Positions 1 through 21,088 of a DNA stretch of 64,000 nt are shown here, in pieces (the first letter of the stretch is position 1; each line of letters starts with the position of its first letter). Below the pieces are notes generated by a model, which saw nothing but the letters and a program-made list of their open reading frames with translations, made no database searches and was not told the origin of the DNA. This DNA is from the human T2T-CHM13v2.0 reference genome, Homo sapiens: assembly GCF_009914755.1 (NCBI RefSeq), contig NC_060936.1; one strand, 5' to 3'. A program made the position numbers and the translations under genes.

Positions 1-2323
1 ACCCACCCCCAGCCCAGGGACCTAGGGCCTGGACACTGACTAGGAACTCAGTCTCCTTGAGGGGCCTTCCCTGCCAATTTGGGTTCTTGTCAACTGTCTC
101 CTCTCCAAGAATTAAGCTCCAGAGAGCAGGGGCCTTGTCGGTCTTGTTCGATGCCATATCCCCAGCAGCTAGAATGAATGGCTGAATGACAGAGGGGCTG
201 TGAAGAGGAGGAGGATGGGGAAGCAGCAGTGAGCAGAGCAAACAGCCAGTGCGGAGGAGGGGAGCCAGGATGCCCTGATCCCAGGCCCAGCGGATGAGTG
301 GGGGCCCCTCAGCGGATCCTCTAACCTCTCTGGATGTCTTCTCTATCAAGAAAATGGGCAGAACCCGATTTGTCCCCATTCCTAGTAGCATGCTCTGAGG
401 AGATAATACAATTATGGGTGAGATTTATATAGCACCTTTGAGCTCTTCCGAGTTAGTCTAAATCCAAGATTCTGCTATTATCTGAATCCCAGACAGGAAC
501 TGCTCTGCTAAGAGGATGGATGAGAAACGATCAATACCATAGTGTCATTTAAATATTTAATAGCCATGCCTGGAGGTTACAAAGACTCAGCCACCAATTC
601 TCCTCCGCTGACTCATGCCTCACTCAACAGGAACTGCATTTTACCCTTACAGCCCTGAAGGAAGTGTGGGCTGGGGGGTGACACACAGGAAGCCAGGGGA
701 GAAGGCCCAGGAGTCTTCCAGTCAGCCGCCAGGGGAGGAGGGGGTGGTCATTTGGATGAAGTGGTTCTTCCCCAGGCTTCCTACAGGCCTAGCTTAGGAG
801 GGTGGCTTCCTGTATGCTGAGGAGCTCTTCCTTGCAGAGGGTGACACAATATGAGTGTGCAGACAGACTGGCTTTATTGGCTGCCTGGCTTGTGCCCAAG
901 GTCACAGGGCACAGGTAACCAGAGACCTGAGAAAATAATGGCTGCAAGGCAACTCCAGCAGTCACCCTGAGCTCCAGGCAGAAGACCAACTGTGCCAGGC
1001 CCATCTGCACCAGGCACACACAAGGCCCACCCATCAGGCTCCTGGCTGCAGCCACTTCCCCATCAAATTGGGCTCCAGGAGCTTAAGCAACAGCAGGTGA
1101 GACAAGGCTGCCCAGGTTGACTCTGAGCACTTCTATGCATCTGCCTTAGGCTACAGACACAGGAGTTCAGGCCAGGCTGGCCAAACACCAGAGTCTTTCT
1201 CTTCTTTTTTTCTTTTTTTGAGACAAGTCTTGTTCTGCCACTCAGGCTAGAGGCCTGATCACAGCTCATTGCAGCCTAGAATTCTTGGGCTCAAGGGATC
1301 TTCCTGCCTCAGCCTCCCGAGTAGCTAGGACTAAAAGCACATGCCACCACACTAGGCTTTTAAAAACTTTTTTGTAGAGACAGGGTCTCACTATGTTGCC
1401 CAAGCTGGTCTTGAACTCCTGGCCTCAAGCCATCTTCCTGCCTGGGCCTTCCCAAAGTGCTGAGATTACAGACAGGAGCCACCATGCCCATCCCCAGAGT
1501 CTCTTTCATATTGTAAATAACTCATCTCTCCTGTCCAGAATCAGTGGGCCCTCCCTCCTCCAGAGGTCCCAGAACATTGTGGACACATTTCATTGGTCAG
1601 ATGTCATCCACCTCTTTAGGTCGCCCAGAGATGCTAGACCTTTTCAGGTCAAGTCCAGGGCCCCATTCCAGGCCCAACTCACAGCTCCTTCAATGGGTAA
1701 AACCCAGATTCACATACAAAAAAGACAGCCTCAAACCCAGGAGACTCATGGGCTGGAAAGGTTCTCAGCTGTTCCAAATCGACCCCAGCCCATTCCTGCA
1801 ATCTGGGCTCTTCCAGGCAAGTTGATCTGTTGCAGAGCAGGGCGGCTCCTTGGGCCTCTCACCCCTGCTAATCACCAACAGAGGTTAGGAGGGGCTCAAA
1901 GTGAGTCATCGTCCCACAGAGACCCGAACAAAAAGTTCAAAAGTTTGCCTGTTCCTGAGATGAGCTGCAGTTTTTTTGCGATTTTTGTGGATTTCATAGC
2001 ATTAGTTACCCACTCTTTGCTAATCAGGTTCTCACTAACCAGCCAGCACCTTCCCCTTTTTTCAGGCAGCAAGGTCATTTCCCGAAGTCAGCTCTCGCTT
2101 GCCTGACTTCCCCAGTTCTCTTTTCTAAGTCCCTTTAATAGCTCCCACATTTAGCTGGTCACTAAGTCACATCAATTCTTCCTTCGCGGGGCCTCTCCCT
2201 GTCATCACTTGCCTCCCTTTCCTTTCATCACCACAGCCAACCACTTGGACTAGCATTCGAATCCATGCTCAGTGCCTACCTGAACTTGACTGCAGCCCCC
2301 TGCCCTGGGTTCTCCCAATCTAA

Positions 2324-2790
<467 letters not shown>

Positions 2791-3411
2791 TAGAGGGGCT
2801 TGAATGAATGTGTGCAGAGCAAGGGGTGGAGTTATAATACTCACCCACTGTTGCCCTCTCTGCCTATAAAACAAGGTCAGAAACCCTGGGGATGGCATTC
2901 TGTTCTTGACCCTCTCAGAATATGGCCCCAAACTAACCTTCACTGCCTCCTTGGTCCCCCTCACTGCAACCCATGTCTCCAGCCAAACTGGGCTCCCCGC
3001 TTCCCTTTTTGCCAGCGTGCCTTTCTTCACAATACTGAATGTGTCCCACCACTACCTCTATCATCATTCACCTGGTTTGAGCCTCTCGCACAAGGATATC
3101 CATACCCCCAGGGGACAGATGGAAGCCAGGGGTACAGGAAGCCACCTCAGGATAAACCCAGAACACTCTGAGGATCAAATGTACTCAGGGGCAAGAAATG
3201 TAAATCATTGTCTTAAAACAAACAAGGCTACATTATGGAGTCAAATGCAAAATGCAAGTGAAATCGTAAGATAAAAAGAGAGGCTTCAAGGCCTGCATGG
3301 TGGCTTATGCTTGTAATCCCAGCACTTTGGGAGGCCGAGACAGGGAGATTGCTTGAGGCCAGGAGTTCGAAACCATGTTGGCCTGGCCAACATGGTGAAA
3401 CCTCATCTCTA

Positions 3412-3885
<474 letters not shown>

Positions 3886-5961
3886 TTAGTTTACTCAGGC
3901 ACCTCATAGCGCACAGTGAGTAATGGATGAAAAAGAATGTGAGAGCCATCCTGGTGGCTGGGATAAAATAAACGTAAGCCTCCCACTCTGACACACAGGA
4001 GACACTCAGTCAATAGATCCACATCACTGATTTTCATCTCCCTTAAGGCCAGCAGGGGGAGGAGTCGGAGCCAGGGACTGCAGCCAGGGATCCTGGGAGC
4101 TGTGACAGGTTGTCACTAACTCAGCCTTCTTGCTGAGCAAACCACTGACCTCACCCTTTGTGTCTCGGGTTCATTCCAAGTCCTCCTTGGAGAACATCAG
4201 CTGAGCCCAGGCGCCTCCAACTCACTGCCTAGCAAGGACAGAGGCAAGCGAGGGAAGCTGCAGGGCCCCAACGCCTCCACCCCCACCCCATCCCTACTGC
4301 CTGCCGGGAAGTCACAGCTGTCTGAGAGGCCTGTGGCTTTGAACCCAGAATCGCAACAATAGAAGGAACTGCCCAAGCTCCATGGTAGCTCCCAGAGGAA
4401 CCCAGGAGAGAGCAGCCTCTGCTCCTGCCACGGAAGCTCTGAGCCCAGCAGAGTGCCAAAAAGGGATCCAAAGACGGGGCTGCGAGGCTAGAAAGCAGCT
4501 CAGGAGGGGGTGAGGAGTGGAACAACCCTTCCTGAGCATCTACCAGGAGCCCAGCCTTGCAGCCCCATTTGTTGCCAGGGATTAGAATGCAGACACCCAG
4601 AGCCGCCCCATAAGGCCCCACGAGGACTGCGCTGCCTGACTGCAGAGATCACCCATGTTCTTCCCAGGATGCCCCACAAGGAGAGGAATGATCGCTTTCA
4701 GCAGCTGTCCGTCCTCTGCTCGTCACCACTCTCCACTCCCACAACACACATCCCCAGAGCCCCCAGAGGAATCCAAAAAGGCGGGCCTGCTGGGTTCCGC
4801 TCTACTGCTGCCCACTCCAAGTCTCCTGTTCTCTTTTCTTTCTGCCTCCTCCTCACCCTCTGCCTCAGGAGGGGTCTTGAGCCACAGAGGAGCCCCTAGT
4901 GGTGGTACAGAGAGCTCAAGAATTCTGAGAAGGCTGGTGCACTCCATGTTCTGGTCTAACTTGTTGATGTGCAAGGTCGACGCGCACAAGTGTTTTCCCC
5001 CTGTGCTACGCTGCTTGTGGTCCCATCTGAACCTCAGGGTGCAAGATGGGCCTGCCCCGGGAACCAACCTCTGACCTCGCAGAGATGACATCAGAATCAT
5101 TAAGAGACACACAGGCAGACAAGGGACTCCACTGTAGGCACCAAACCAGCCAACACGGGACAGCCAGCAAGACAGCCAGCCTAGATTTTCCAACCCACAG
5201 TCAGCATAGCTGTTCCCTTCAATGGACAGCCACATGTCTCACCCAAGCACTTTTCCCACTGAGCAAAAAAGTAGGCAGTTCCATGTCTTGCCCTCTGTAC
5301 TGCTGTTTTTAACTACTCTGTGTCTGGGCACAAGAGGGCTGCAGAGGGCACAACACGCTGGGGAAACACAAGCCTGAGCATAGAGCTGTCCTCAGCCACT
5401 GGCTCTCGACCCTGACGTGCAATCTGCCATGAGGTGTGTCACCAGTCCTTGGCTAATCATCATAAGGTATGGACATCTGCAACTGATTTTTTTCTTTTTT
5501 TGAGACAGGGTCTTGCTCTGTTACCCAGGCTGGAGGGTGGAATACAGTGGCATGATCACAGCTCACTGCAATCTCCACCTCCTGGGATCCCACCTCAGCC
5601 TCATGAATAGCTGGAACTATAGGTGTGTGCCACCATGCCCAGATGATCTTTTTTTTTTTTTTTTTTGAGACGGAGTCTCACTCTGTCGCCCAGGCTGGCG
5701 TACAGTGGCGCCATCTCAGCTCACTGCAACCTCTGCCTCCCGGGTTCAAGCAATTCCCTGCCTCAGCCTCCCGAGTAGCTAGGATTACAGGTGCCTGCCA
5801 CCACACCCAGCTAATTTTTGTATTTTTAGTAGAGACAAGGTTTCACCATCTTGGCCAGGCTGGTCTTGAACTCCTGACCTCGTGATCCACCCACCTTGGC
5901 CTCCCAAAGTGCTGGCATTACAGGTGTGAGCCACTGTGCCTGGCCCCAGCTGATCTTTTAA

Positions 5962-6138
<177 letters not shown>

Positions 6139-6171
6139 TAAGTTTTCTATTTTTTGTAGACAGGGTCTTAG

Positions 6172-6654
<483 letters not shown>

Positions 6655-8454
6655 TGAGTGAAAGAAAGAGCTAGGAGTGCAAAGAATGCCAGACACACCC
6701 TTGGTGTCATCTGAAGGCTATGTCCTGGCAGCGCACCATTTGAAACCACTATCATAGATGGTCACGAGTGCTGAGAAGAAGTGGGGGAGGGGAGTCAGGC
6801 TAGCTGCCCCCAGAGTGCTCCCCGAGCTGACCCTCAGTGACCCTTTTGCCTCCCTAGAAGTGTCTACCTCATCCAGCCCTGGGTCTTCTTGGGCACACAA
6901 ATTTTGGAAGCCATCTGCTGATTTCAGGGCTCTAGGAAATGCTGAGGCCCCTTGACAGCTGGCGTCCCCACAGAGAGTTGGCACCTCCTGAATAAGGAGT
7001 GGTCTCAGGAGGGCCCATCCCATGCACAGAAGCTCCAAGTCTCGTCTCAGTCCCCCCACCCCACTGAGCTTTGTAGGCTCCCCAGGCACAATCATAGGCA
7101 GCAGGCCTGACCCAACCCAGGGCGCTGGTGGGATGGCATCACTGAGCTACAAAGGAGGAATGCCCCGGCCACTGTCCTGAAGAGGGCAAGGCCAATTTCT
7201 CCGGAGGCCCGGAGCCTTGCCAACTCTCCGCATGGGGAAATCTGCCTCTTCCTGGACAGGGAGGAAGCAGATGGAGCTGCAGAGTCACGCTGGGAAACCA
7301 CAATAGAAAAAAAGGAGAGAAGATATTTTCCTGAAACAAAAAGCACCCAGGGAGACCTCTGGGCTTTCAGTCTGGCTAGTGGAGTTCACGTGTAGGTATA
7401 TCAAGGTGCAGGGGAGAGGGATAGGGTGGGAACAGAACTCAAATGAGACCACGTCGTAGTTAGCCTGCAAGAAGCCCACTAACTCCAAAGCTGAGGAAGC
7501 AGGCCAAGCAGATGCCAAGCCTCATGGGTAAACTGAACGGAGGTGCCTGTGCCCGGGGGTTCATGCAGCAGAGAGGGTTCCAGGGCTCCAACCAGGCTTG
7601 GCTGGCCTGGCCTCCCTCCACCATGCCCAGCTGGCTATGCCAGGGATTGATGGGGGAGGGGGTACACACCTCGCCCCTGGTTTGGATTTTATTGCAGGAG
7701 ACACTCTGGGGCTCCGCAAATCCAGCCCAGCAGAGCCAGAGGGCAACAGCAGTACGTGGCCGCAATGCCCAGAAACACCACACAGAAAGTCCCCATGTAC
7801 ACACGTGGAGCATTCCAGAAGGTTGTTTGGAAGTTGGATTTTGAGCTGTGGAGAATGTCTTCTAATAGAAACAATACTCTGAGGGGAAACTGGGTGACTG
7901 TTCAGGTAGACTATTTACATCACTAGCTCCAGTGGATGCTAGGTTCTGCAGTGTCTGCAGAGATTGCTGTCTTGCCATGAGGTGCTAGGGTGAACCCCAT
8001 CATTCCTCCTTCAGGCAGTACCTGCTCTGTGCCTAGCTATGTATGGGGGGCACAGCTGTCCTTGGACGCTCCTAAGCTAAACTTCCCAAGGACAAGAAAT
8101 CCCGTGCTTCTGCCCCCTAACTACTGTACTGCAACACAGGGAGCTTCGTGGTCAGCTAGGGAACTTCTGACGGGAACCAAACTGTCGGGTGGGGCTGCTC
8201 CTTCTCCTCCTGCCCATCTTTATGTTCAGACAGGAAATGGTCACCAAAAAAGCCAGGGAGCTGAGCAAGCACCTGTCCCACTACTGCCCTTCCTGGTGCC
8301 ACTGGTTTCTCCTTTTTAAAGGGTGGAAGTTTCTGCTGGGTGTGGTGGATCACGCCTGTAATCCCAGCACTTTGGGAGCCCGAGGCCAACGGATCACCTG
8401 AGGTCAAGAGTTCCAAACCAGCCTGGCCAATGTGGTGAGACCCTGTCTCCACTA

Positions 8455-9026
<572 letters not shown>

Positions 9027-11893
9027 TCAGAAGAGCTAGCTAGCAACACTGGTCTGCTTGGCTACCTTCTTTGGAACAACATGAAATCTAGCTCCCTTTT
9101 TTTTTTTTTTTTGGCCCACTTCATCCATTCACATGACCTGCCTGGCCTCTGCAGGTAAGTGAGTATGCAACAAAAATGTAGCACAGGTTTTGTCGCTGAA
9201 CTACGTGGTTTCAGGTCCAGCTCTGCCACTTGCTAGCATGACACCTCTTTGAGCTCAGTTCCCTCATCTATAGAATAGGTATAATAACTGCCCCTTATAT
9301 AATGGGGACTGTGGGGTTCCCAAGCCTCACTCAAGCCATTTAGAGGAACAAATAAGATAACAATCATAAAGCAGTCCTGGTACATCACAAGCACACAGCC
9401 ATGCATATCATTAGTGCCTATCTCACCAGGTGACAGGTGACAGATGGGGGATGAGGAGCTGTCCCACCCACAAAGCTGACATCCCTGATTGCCCCACCAG
9501 AGCAAGTGCATGCCCAGCACTGCAAGCCATAAGCAACTGCAGAGAAGGTGCTCTGACAGGTGTCAGTTAGGTAGTCTGACTCTCCCACAGTGGCTCCAGA
9601 GTCACCTGTTAAGACACTGGGACCAGACCATCAGACTGTAAACAAGATCTGGGCTAAAAAGCTGAGAGGCTTTGCAGGACCCAACCAAAACAGCAATCTC
9701 TCTCCCTGGCTTTGAAGCCATTCCCAAGTTCAAAGGGTCACCAAGCGGATGCATCTGGAGGCCCCTGCATTCGTGGTGTGGGAAGCTCAGTGCACAAGCC
9801 AACAGGAAGAAGGGCACTGCTGATCCTCCCAGGAGTCCAGTCCAAAAGCTGGCATCGCAGCCCCACAGTGCTCCCAATGACGCAAGTGCCAAGAAAGGAG
9901 TCCAGGGATGGCCCTTCTGAAGTCTCTGCCTCCTAACTCTGCCAGAGCATTCGCCATTGGAACATCGACACTAACCCACCCAGGACTGACTCCAGAGGCC
10001 CTGAGTGTCAGGCATAACAGTGCCCACCCACTCAGGGTGGCCTGCACCTGGCCCCACAATCCACCCTCTTCCTGCTGGCTCAGTTCAGCTCCCTACCCCT
10101 GGAGCAAAAGTATTCCACATTCTCTTTTTTTCCCTTTCAAAGGGAAAGGGAGGAAGAGAGCCCCCCAAGGGAGCTAAACTTTATATCAGAAGTCTTAATC
10201 TGGCATCTGGAGCTGACCCTCCTGGGGATCTGTGGACCACCTGAAGTTTCACTACCATGTCCCTACCACACTACTCTGGGGAGAGATCCCAATAGTCATG
10301 GCCCAAAGGGGTTGGGAATCTGAATGAAACCACTGCCATGGGCAGGCCTGACAGTGCACCACCCTGCCCCTGTCAGATCACAGCTTGGTCCTTTGAAGAC
10401 AAGTCTGATCACTAGGGGCTGAAGCTGAAGCTGCCTCATCTTCACCTCAATCCCAGGTGATCAGAATTTCTGGAATGGGACCTGCCTGGACACTGACCCA
10501 GGCAGCAAACTCCAGTGAAGCCACCCCAGTTCAGGAGGCACAAAACAGATGTGGCCTCGCTTGGGTATCCAAGGCAGAGCCACCTGCACCTGTCTCACGT
10601 GCCTCCTCCAAGACCCTCCCTCCGATGCTCTCACTGGGACAGCCTCACCTTTACTAGTGATGGCTCCAATCGCGTTCACAAACACATAGTGTGCACGGGC
10701 ACTATGCTGGGCATGGGAGGGGCAAATATACAATGCCTGTCTCCGGGGAGCACTGACTAGTGGGAGACTGTCATAAACGAGGGGCAGAAGGCCCTGAAAG
10801 CGGCAGTGGGCCAGGAGGAAAGGGGAGGGGCTTTCCAGGCAGAGGTGGAAAACAGCCTGGGAAAGTGCCCAGACAGAGGGGATGGGAGCTCAGAGTGCAA
10901 GTCCCAGCTTGATGGAAGAGGAGTCAAGGGCCGAGGGCCCACTGGGGAGTCTGGACTTACAAGGGCAAGCCACAGAAGGAAGGCGGTCAGCAGCGGAACA
11001 GCAGGACCAGGCTTGCACTTTACATCACTCAGGCAGGGGAGATCAGAGGGAGGCAGGGCTCAATTGGAGGAAGAGCAAGAGTTGCAATACTCTACATGAA
11101 ATCAGGTAAAATCAATGTTACCTGGAAACTGAGTGGATATGGAGAAGGAGTGAGGAGTGCAGGATGCCTCCCATGTTTGTTTCCTGCAGGAGGGATGGAA
11201 CAGATGAGACAGGGAAGAAGGTCTGCGGCAGGGGTCAGGTAATGACGGTAACAAGGATCAGGAGTTACACCAAGAACAGGCAGAGCCACAGGGTTCCCTG
11301 AGCCAGGGCCCAAGGACGTTTTTCTCTGGCCAAGGCACCTATCTAAGTAACAGTTTGTTAAATTATATGGTACCCTTCTCCTGAACACAAGTTGTTCTCC
11401 CTGTCTGGCTTTGGGAGAACCTCAGGAAGTTGCATGCAGCCTGCTCTGGGAATTCTCAGAGTGTTCAGGAAGACCATGGGCTCCCTTCCTCTGCCCGCAC
11501 CCATCTGCACGAGTCTGCCTCTGAAATTCAAATAGAAAGCCAGCCCCATCTCTGACAGCCGTCCTCCAGGAAAAAGAGGGGTCAGCCTAAGCAGGTTATC
11601 AGAGGAACCAGATCCTTCCTGCCACATGAGCATGCGGCTCACCACTGGGGCCAGAGGGCCCAGGACACAATCTCAGGCCTCAAACCCTCATGGAAATGCC
11701 CTTCAGAACTGACCCACGGCCCCAGCCCCAGCTGACCACAGAGAGACTTTGCACAGATAAAGCTCATCTCATGGCCAAGTGTGGTGGCTCATGCCTGTAA
11801 TCCCAGCACTTTGCGAGGCAGAGGCGGGCAGATCACTTGAGGTCAGGAGTTCGAGTCCAGCCTGGCCAACATGGAGAAACCCTGTCTCTACTA

Positions 11894-12073
<180 letters not shown>

Positions 12074-13596
12074 TCACTGTAGGATAACAGATGCCCCAAA
12101 GGCCAGCCCCATCTCAGCTATCGTAGCAAGGTCATCCCCAAAAGGTCATTCCAATGAAGATGCAAAGCCTAATGACTGTCCTTGGCCTTGTGGCTCAGGA
12201 TAAGTTTGATTAGCTTGAAAGATCCAACTGGACACAGGGCACCAAATCACTACCAATGAACTAAACACACATGCTTGCACACACGTCCGCCCTCCAGGCC
12301 TCTGCATGAGCTATTCCCTCTCCCTAGACCTCTCTCCTGTCTTCTTTACCAGGCTAAATCCTTTCTAATCCCTTGAGACTCATAATAGCTTAGTTTATCT
12401 TCTTCAACGAGAGGATAAAAAGGATCCATCCTGCCTACCTAGAGAAAAAGCAACGTGTTGCTTTTCTGCTGGGAAGGTCTCTTTCCAAAATCTTATTACA
12501 GAATGACCATTTAAGTAAAGGACAAAGGTTGGGGCCTTTTCTAAATGTTGAGGTTCTATTTAAACACACAACAAAAGGCTGGGCATGGTGGCTCATGCCT
12601 GTAATCCAAGCATTTTGGGAGGCCAAGGCGGGACGATTGCTTGAGGGCAGAAATTTGAGACCAGACTGGGCAACACAGCAAGACCCTGTCTCTACAAAAA
12701 ATTTTTAAAAATTCGCCAGGTGCTATAGCACATGCCTGTAATCCCAGTTACTTAGGAAGCTGAGGCTGGAAGATGGATTGAACCCAGGTGTTTGAAGCTG
12801 CAAGTGAGCTATGATGGCATCACTGCACTCCAGCCTGGGCAACAGAGAAATCCTATCTCTTAAAACACACACAAAACAGAGTCAGTTTAGGATCCCATTT
12901 CCTCCAGGAAGCCCTCCCTGACCTTACTCTCCTACAAAGGGTTTGAGGCTCCATTCCTTTGAGTTCCCAAAGCACTGTGCACTTCTCCTATGAGAACACC
13001 TCAAGCTGGTAGGAACTGTCTGCCTAAGGGGCCATGTCTCACAGCCTAGGAATAGCACATTGTGGGTAGGGAGTACGCCTATATTCATCTTCATCTGAGC
13101 ATTGGGCAGAGCCTAGCATATAATAGGGGCTCCATGGATGATACCAAACAAATCAACAAATGACCTGCGCCAAGTCAGTCTGCTGCTGAGATCAGCCTTG
13201 CCACTTCAGCTCATGCCACCTCCTGGTCCTCCCTAAGAGCTCACTGTATGCAAAGCCCGGTGAGGGAGAGCAACACAGGAGCACAGGGCCCAAGTTGTTC
13301 CTACTCTTCTATCCCAGAATGTCCCATCTACTGTGATCTAGTTGCCACCACCCCTCCCCAACCAGCAAAACTCCTACCCTAAAATAAACAAACAAAAAAA
13401 TAGCTGGGCATGGTGGCCACATCTGTAATCCCAGCACTTTGGGAGGCTGAGGTGGGTGGATCACAAGGTCAGGAGTTCAAGACCAGCCTGGCCAAGATGG
13501 TGAAACCCCATCTCTACTAAAAATACAAAACTTGGTCGGGCGCGGTGGCTCACGCCTGTAATCCCAGCACTTTGGGAGGCCGAGGCAGGCGGATCA

Positions 13597-13882
<286 letters not shown>

Positions 13883-14976
13883 TTAGGAGGCTGAGGCAGG
13901 GAAGTGTTTGAACCTGGGAGGCAAAGGTTGCAGTAAGCCAAGATCATGCCACTGCACTCCAGCCTGGGTGACAGAGCGAGACTCTGTCTCAAAACAAATA
14001 AATAAATAAAATAAAATAAAATAAATAATAAATAATAAAAAAAAATCAAAGGAATAGTCCACAAGACTTTGTGGCTGGAGCATAGCCCCTTGTGGGTACT
14101 TAAGGTTTAAACTCACTGGGTGGCCTATCTGGCTTCCTTTGTGGGTGGGGAAGGGGAGCTCCAAGAGGTGGGCTCAGGGCATAGGAATGAGGCAGCTGGG
14201 AGGGAGTTGGGGCCTGGGACTGGGTGACTCTCTGGCTTGGTGCTGGGGAAGGAGGAGGAGGGGCATCACGTAGCAACAGAGCAAGAAGGAACAGGAGTGT
14301 GGCAGCCCCAGGCCCTGCAGATCTTGTCACACCTCTCCCCATGGAGCAGAGGAGGCAGGGGACATGAGCTGGAATGTGCGATTTTCTCAAACGTGCACCA
14401 CCGGAATGTGTCAGCAACACCAAGTGTGGGGCTGTGTAGCCCAGAGAGACTGACAGCATCGATTATCATGACTGAAGCACAGATGGGATGAGCCACAAAG
14501 CACGTACAGATTAGTGAGGCTGAGGGAGTTCACAGGCAGGGAAACTAGCCAGGGAGGAAGAAGACAACACGTTCTCAGACGAGAATGGGAAAAGGAGGGG
14601 AAGAAAAAAAAAAACAAAACAATGTTTTCCTGACATTTTTGTTAACTTCTTTAGTCTTCAAAAAAAAAGAATGCGGCCGGGCACAGTGGCTCACGCCTGT
14701 AATCCCAGCACTTTGGGAGGCCGAGGTGGGTGGATCACAAGGTCAGGAGATCAAGACCATCCTGGCTAACACGGTGAAACCCCGTCTCTACTAAAAAATA
14801 CAAAAAATTAGCCGGGTGTTGTGGCGGGCACCTGTAGTCCCAGCTACTTGGGAGGCTGAGGCAGGAGAATGGCGTGAACCCAGGAGGCGGAGCTTTCAGT
14901 GAGCCGAGATCGCACGACTGCACTCCAGCCTGGGCGACAGAGCGAGACTCCATCTCAAAAAAAAAAAAAAAAAAAA

Positions 14977-17280
<2,304 letters not shown>

Positions 17281-17656
17281 AAAACTCTTCCAAAGGAAGC
17301 CAGTGGAAGATATAAGCAAATAACCCAAGAGAGGTGAAGAGCAGGAGGACAGAGGGCTGCCAGACTGCTGGTCTGGGGAACATGAGGGACCCCAGCCTTT
17401 GCTCACGGTAGAAGAGGGGGCTGGAGGATGGCCACAGAGCAGGAAATGCTCCCTCCTCTGTCCACAGCCCCTAGACCTTCCCCAGAGGGAAGCACGCCAG
17501 CTCACACCACACTTCTCCTGGGGTCATTTTCAGTCCCTGATAACCCTGGATAGGGGTCAGTGTTCAACAGCCCCCACTGCCCTCAGCAGACACCTGGTTG
17601 ACTATGTTTCCTCAATTACTGCACCCCCAAGCACACCATATACAATCCACAGATGA

Positions 17657-17660
<4 letters not shown>

Positions 17661-17703
<43 letters not shown>
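17661..17703. repeat. (CA)n microsatellite, about 21 units
   Basis: Read directly. Confidence 0.95.
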
Positions 17704-17704
<1 letters not shown>

Positions 17705-18015
17705 AGACTGTCCCCTCTCTTCCCTCCTCCCCAGTGGCACCGCGTGGCATCACCCTCATTGGCGAGCAGGAATCAGAACAGAGTCTACAATGTCAGCAAA
17801 GGGCTGTATGCGACAGTCACTGAATCCAATCCCAGCTCCACCACTAATCAGCAACTAACCTCGGGCAAGTTGCTCACCTCTCTGTGCTTCAGTGTCGTCA
17901 GCTAGAATACCTACTTCAGAGGGCTGTTGTGAGGAAATGATAAGGGAACGTAAGGGAGGTATTTAGAACAGTGGCTGCCACAGAGTGAGTAACACTATAT
18001 TAATGCTGGCAGTTA

Positions 18016-18153
<138 letters not shown>

Positions 18154-18156
18154 TCA

Positions 18157-18495
<339 letters not shown>

Positions 18496-20167
18496 CTAAG
18501 AAAGAATGGATCAGTCCAGAAGCACAGAGGGGGAGTGCAGACTGATAATACCCAACAGGCCGTTAGGAGGGAAAATCTCAGACAGTCGAAGCAGGGAGAA
18601 GAGGAAGGACAGAGCCCAAGCCAGTGGTGCCCAAAGGAGCTGCTACCAGCAATGCCCTCAATTGCCAGTGATCAGCCAATCAAGCATCCCCCAGGATGGT
18701 GACACCCCAGCCCCCATGCTTTGGCCAAAGTCAGGCAGATAACAGCTGTCTCCTGGTCACTGTTCCTGCTGCTCTAGAGGCACAAACAGGATGTTTAGAA
18801 GCAGATGACCACAAGTGACCACAGGAAGCCATGACAACCGCCTCCAGGTAACGATCTTCTTCCCCAGCTTCTTTCCGGCTTGGCTGCCTCCAAAGACCAG
18901 ACAAAAAGACTTCAAGTGCCAACTTCCAAAGAGAGAGAAGGGGGAGGAGTTCTTGGAAAGTTCAGGACACAGCAGAAGAGGCCATTTGAGGTGGTGAGGC
19001 AGGGAAGAAATGAGACCACCCAGCTATCCCAACAGCTACCTCACCTCAAAGACGCATTGTGCCTGATGAAGCTAAGCAGGGGTGAAGAAACTGCACATCC
19101 ACTGCTTGGGACAGAGGACCTTCCAAGACAGGCAGCATGTGACCAGGCAGGCTCAGGAGGGCTGCCAAGTCGTGTCTCTGAGGAGTGACTGCAGTGTTCC
19201 AGGCATCACGACCACTCCTCCACACCCACCCCAGAGGAGCCCATCCCACTCAGCTGTCCCAGAGCACATCAGTGATGAGAAACTGCCTTAGCCCGCCAGC
19301 CGAGCCAGGAGTACACAGGGGAAATGGCAAATCCAGAGGAAACCAAGTGCAGGCCATTGGACACTCCCATTTCCACCTAAGGAAGAGGAATGTTCCTGGA
19401 AACAGAGGGGGCAAAGCTCGGCCAGGACTCTCTGAGCCACTTCAAACCTCCAACAGAGCCCAGGGTGGGTCCCACAGATCAACCACCCCTAAAGGGGTAC
19501 AGTCACTGGGCCAGCTTCATGACACAGCTGTGTCCACTCAGTGTACAACCACCAAGTTCACAGTCCAGAAAACCAACTCTCCTTTTTTCTACTGCTACTA
19601 GGAGCCTCAGGGGCCAGACCACCCCATGAGGCTTTCTGGATGCCTAGAGTGCTAGGAGAAGCCCAGGGCTGATCTGGGAGTGGATCTCAGCACAGCTCCC
19701 TGTGGCAGCTCTCACTAATATTAGTGTTAGATGAGCGATTAGTATAAACCAAGCCACCAAGCCACCTCCTCCCCCACCACTTCCTCATGAAAGCCACCAA
19801 AGAGGCTCAGGGGAAATTAAAAGTCATATAACCAAAACCCAACTTAACACCACCAGCCCAAGGGTGTGGCCATTTCACCTCCACAGCAGAGTTCCAAACA
19901 TTCTCCAACCCATGGCGCCATGAAGAGTCCTAAATCACATTCTTCCAGAAAGTAACTGAAGTCAGATTCTTCCCCCAGGCCTAGCTAAGCAACCAAACAG
20001 GGCCAATTGCACTAAGTGCCCACCACCAAGGCCACGGGAAATGCAGCCAACCTAAAGATGAAGTGGAAGCTTAAATTCGAAGAGTGGGCCAGGTGCAATG
20101 GCTCACGTCTGTAATCCCAACACTTTGGGAGGCCGAGGTGAGCAGATCACTTGAGGCCAGGAGTTCA

Positions 20168-20377
<210 letters not shown>

Positions 20378-20384
20378 TCAATTA

Positions 20385-20716
<332 letters not shown>

Positions 20717-20719
20717 TCA

Positions 20720-21088
<369 letters not shown>

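Noticed and set aside
1393-2106. Longest ORF in the track (237 aa)
   Set aside because: Starts within an antisense Alu, has no recognisable domain, and is antisense within the PXN intron; most likely chance.
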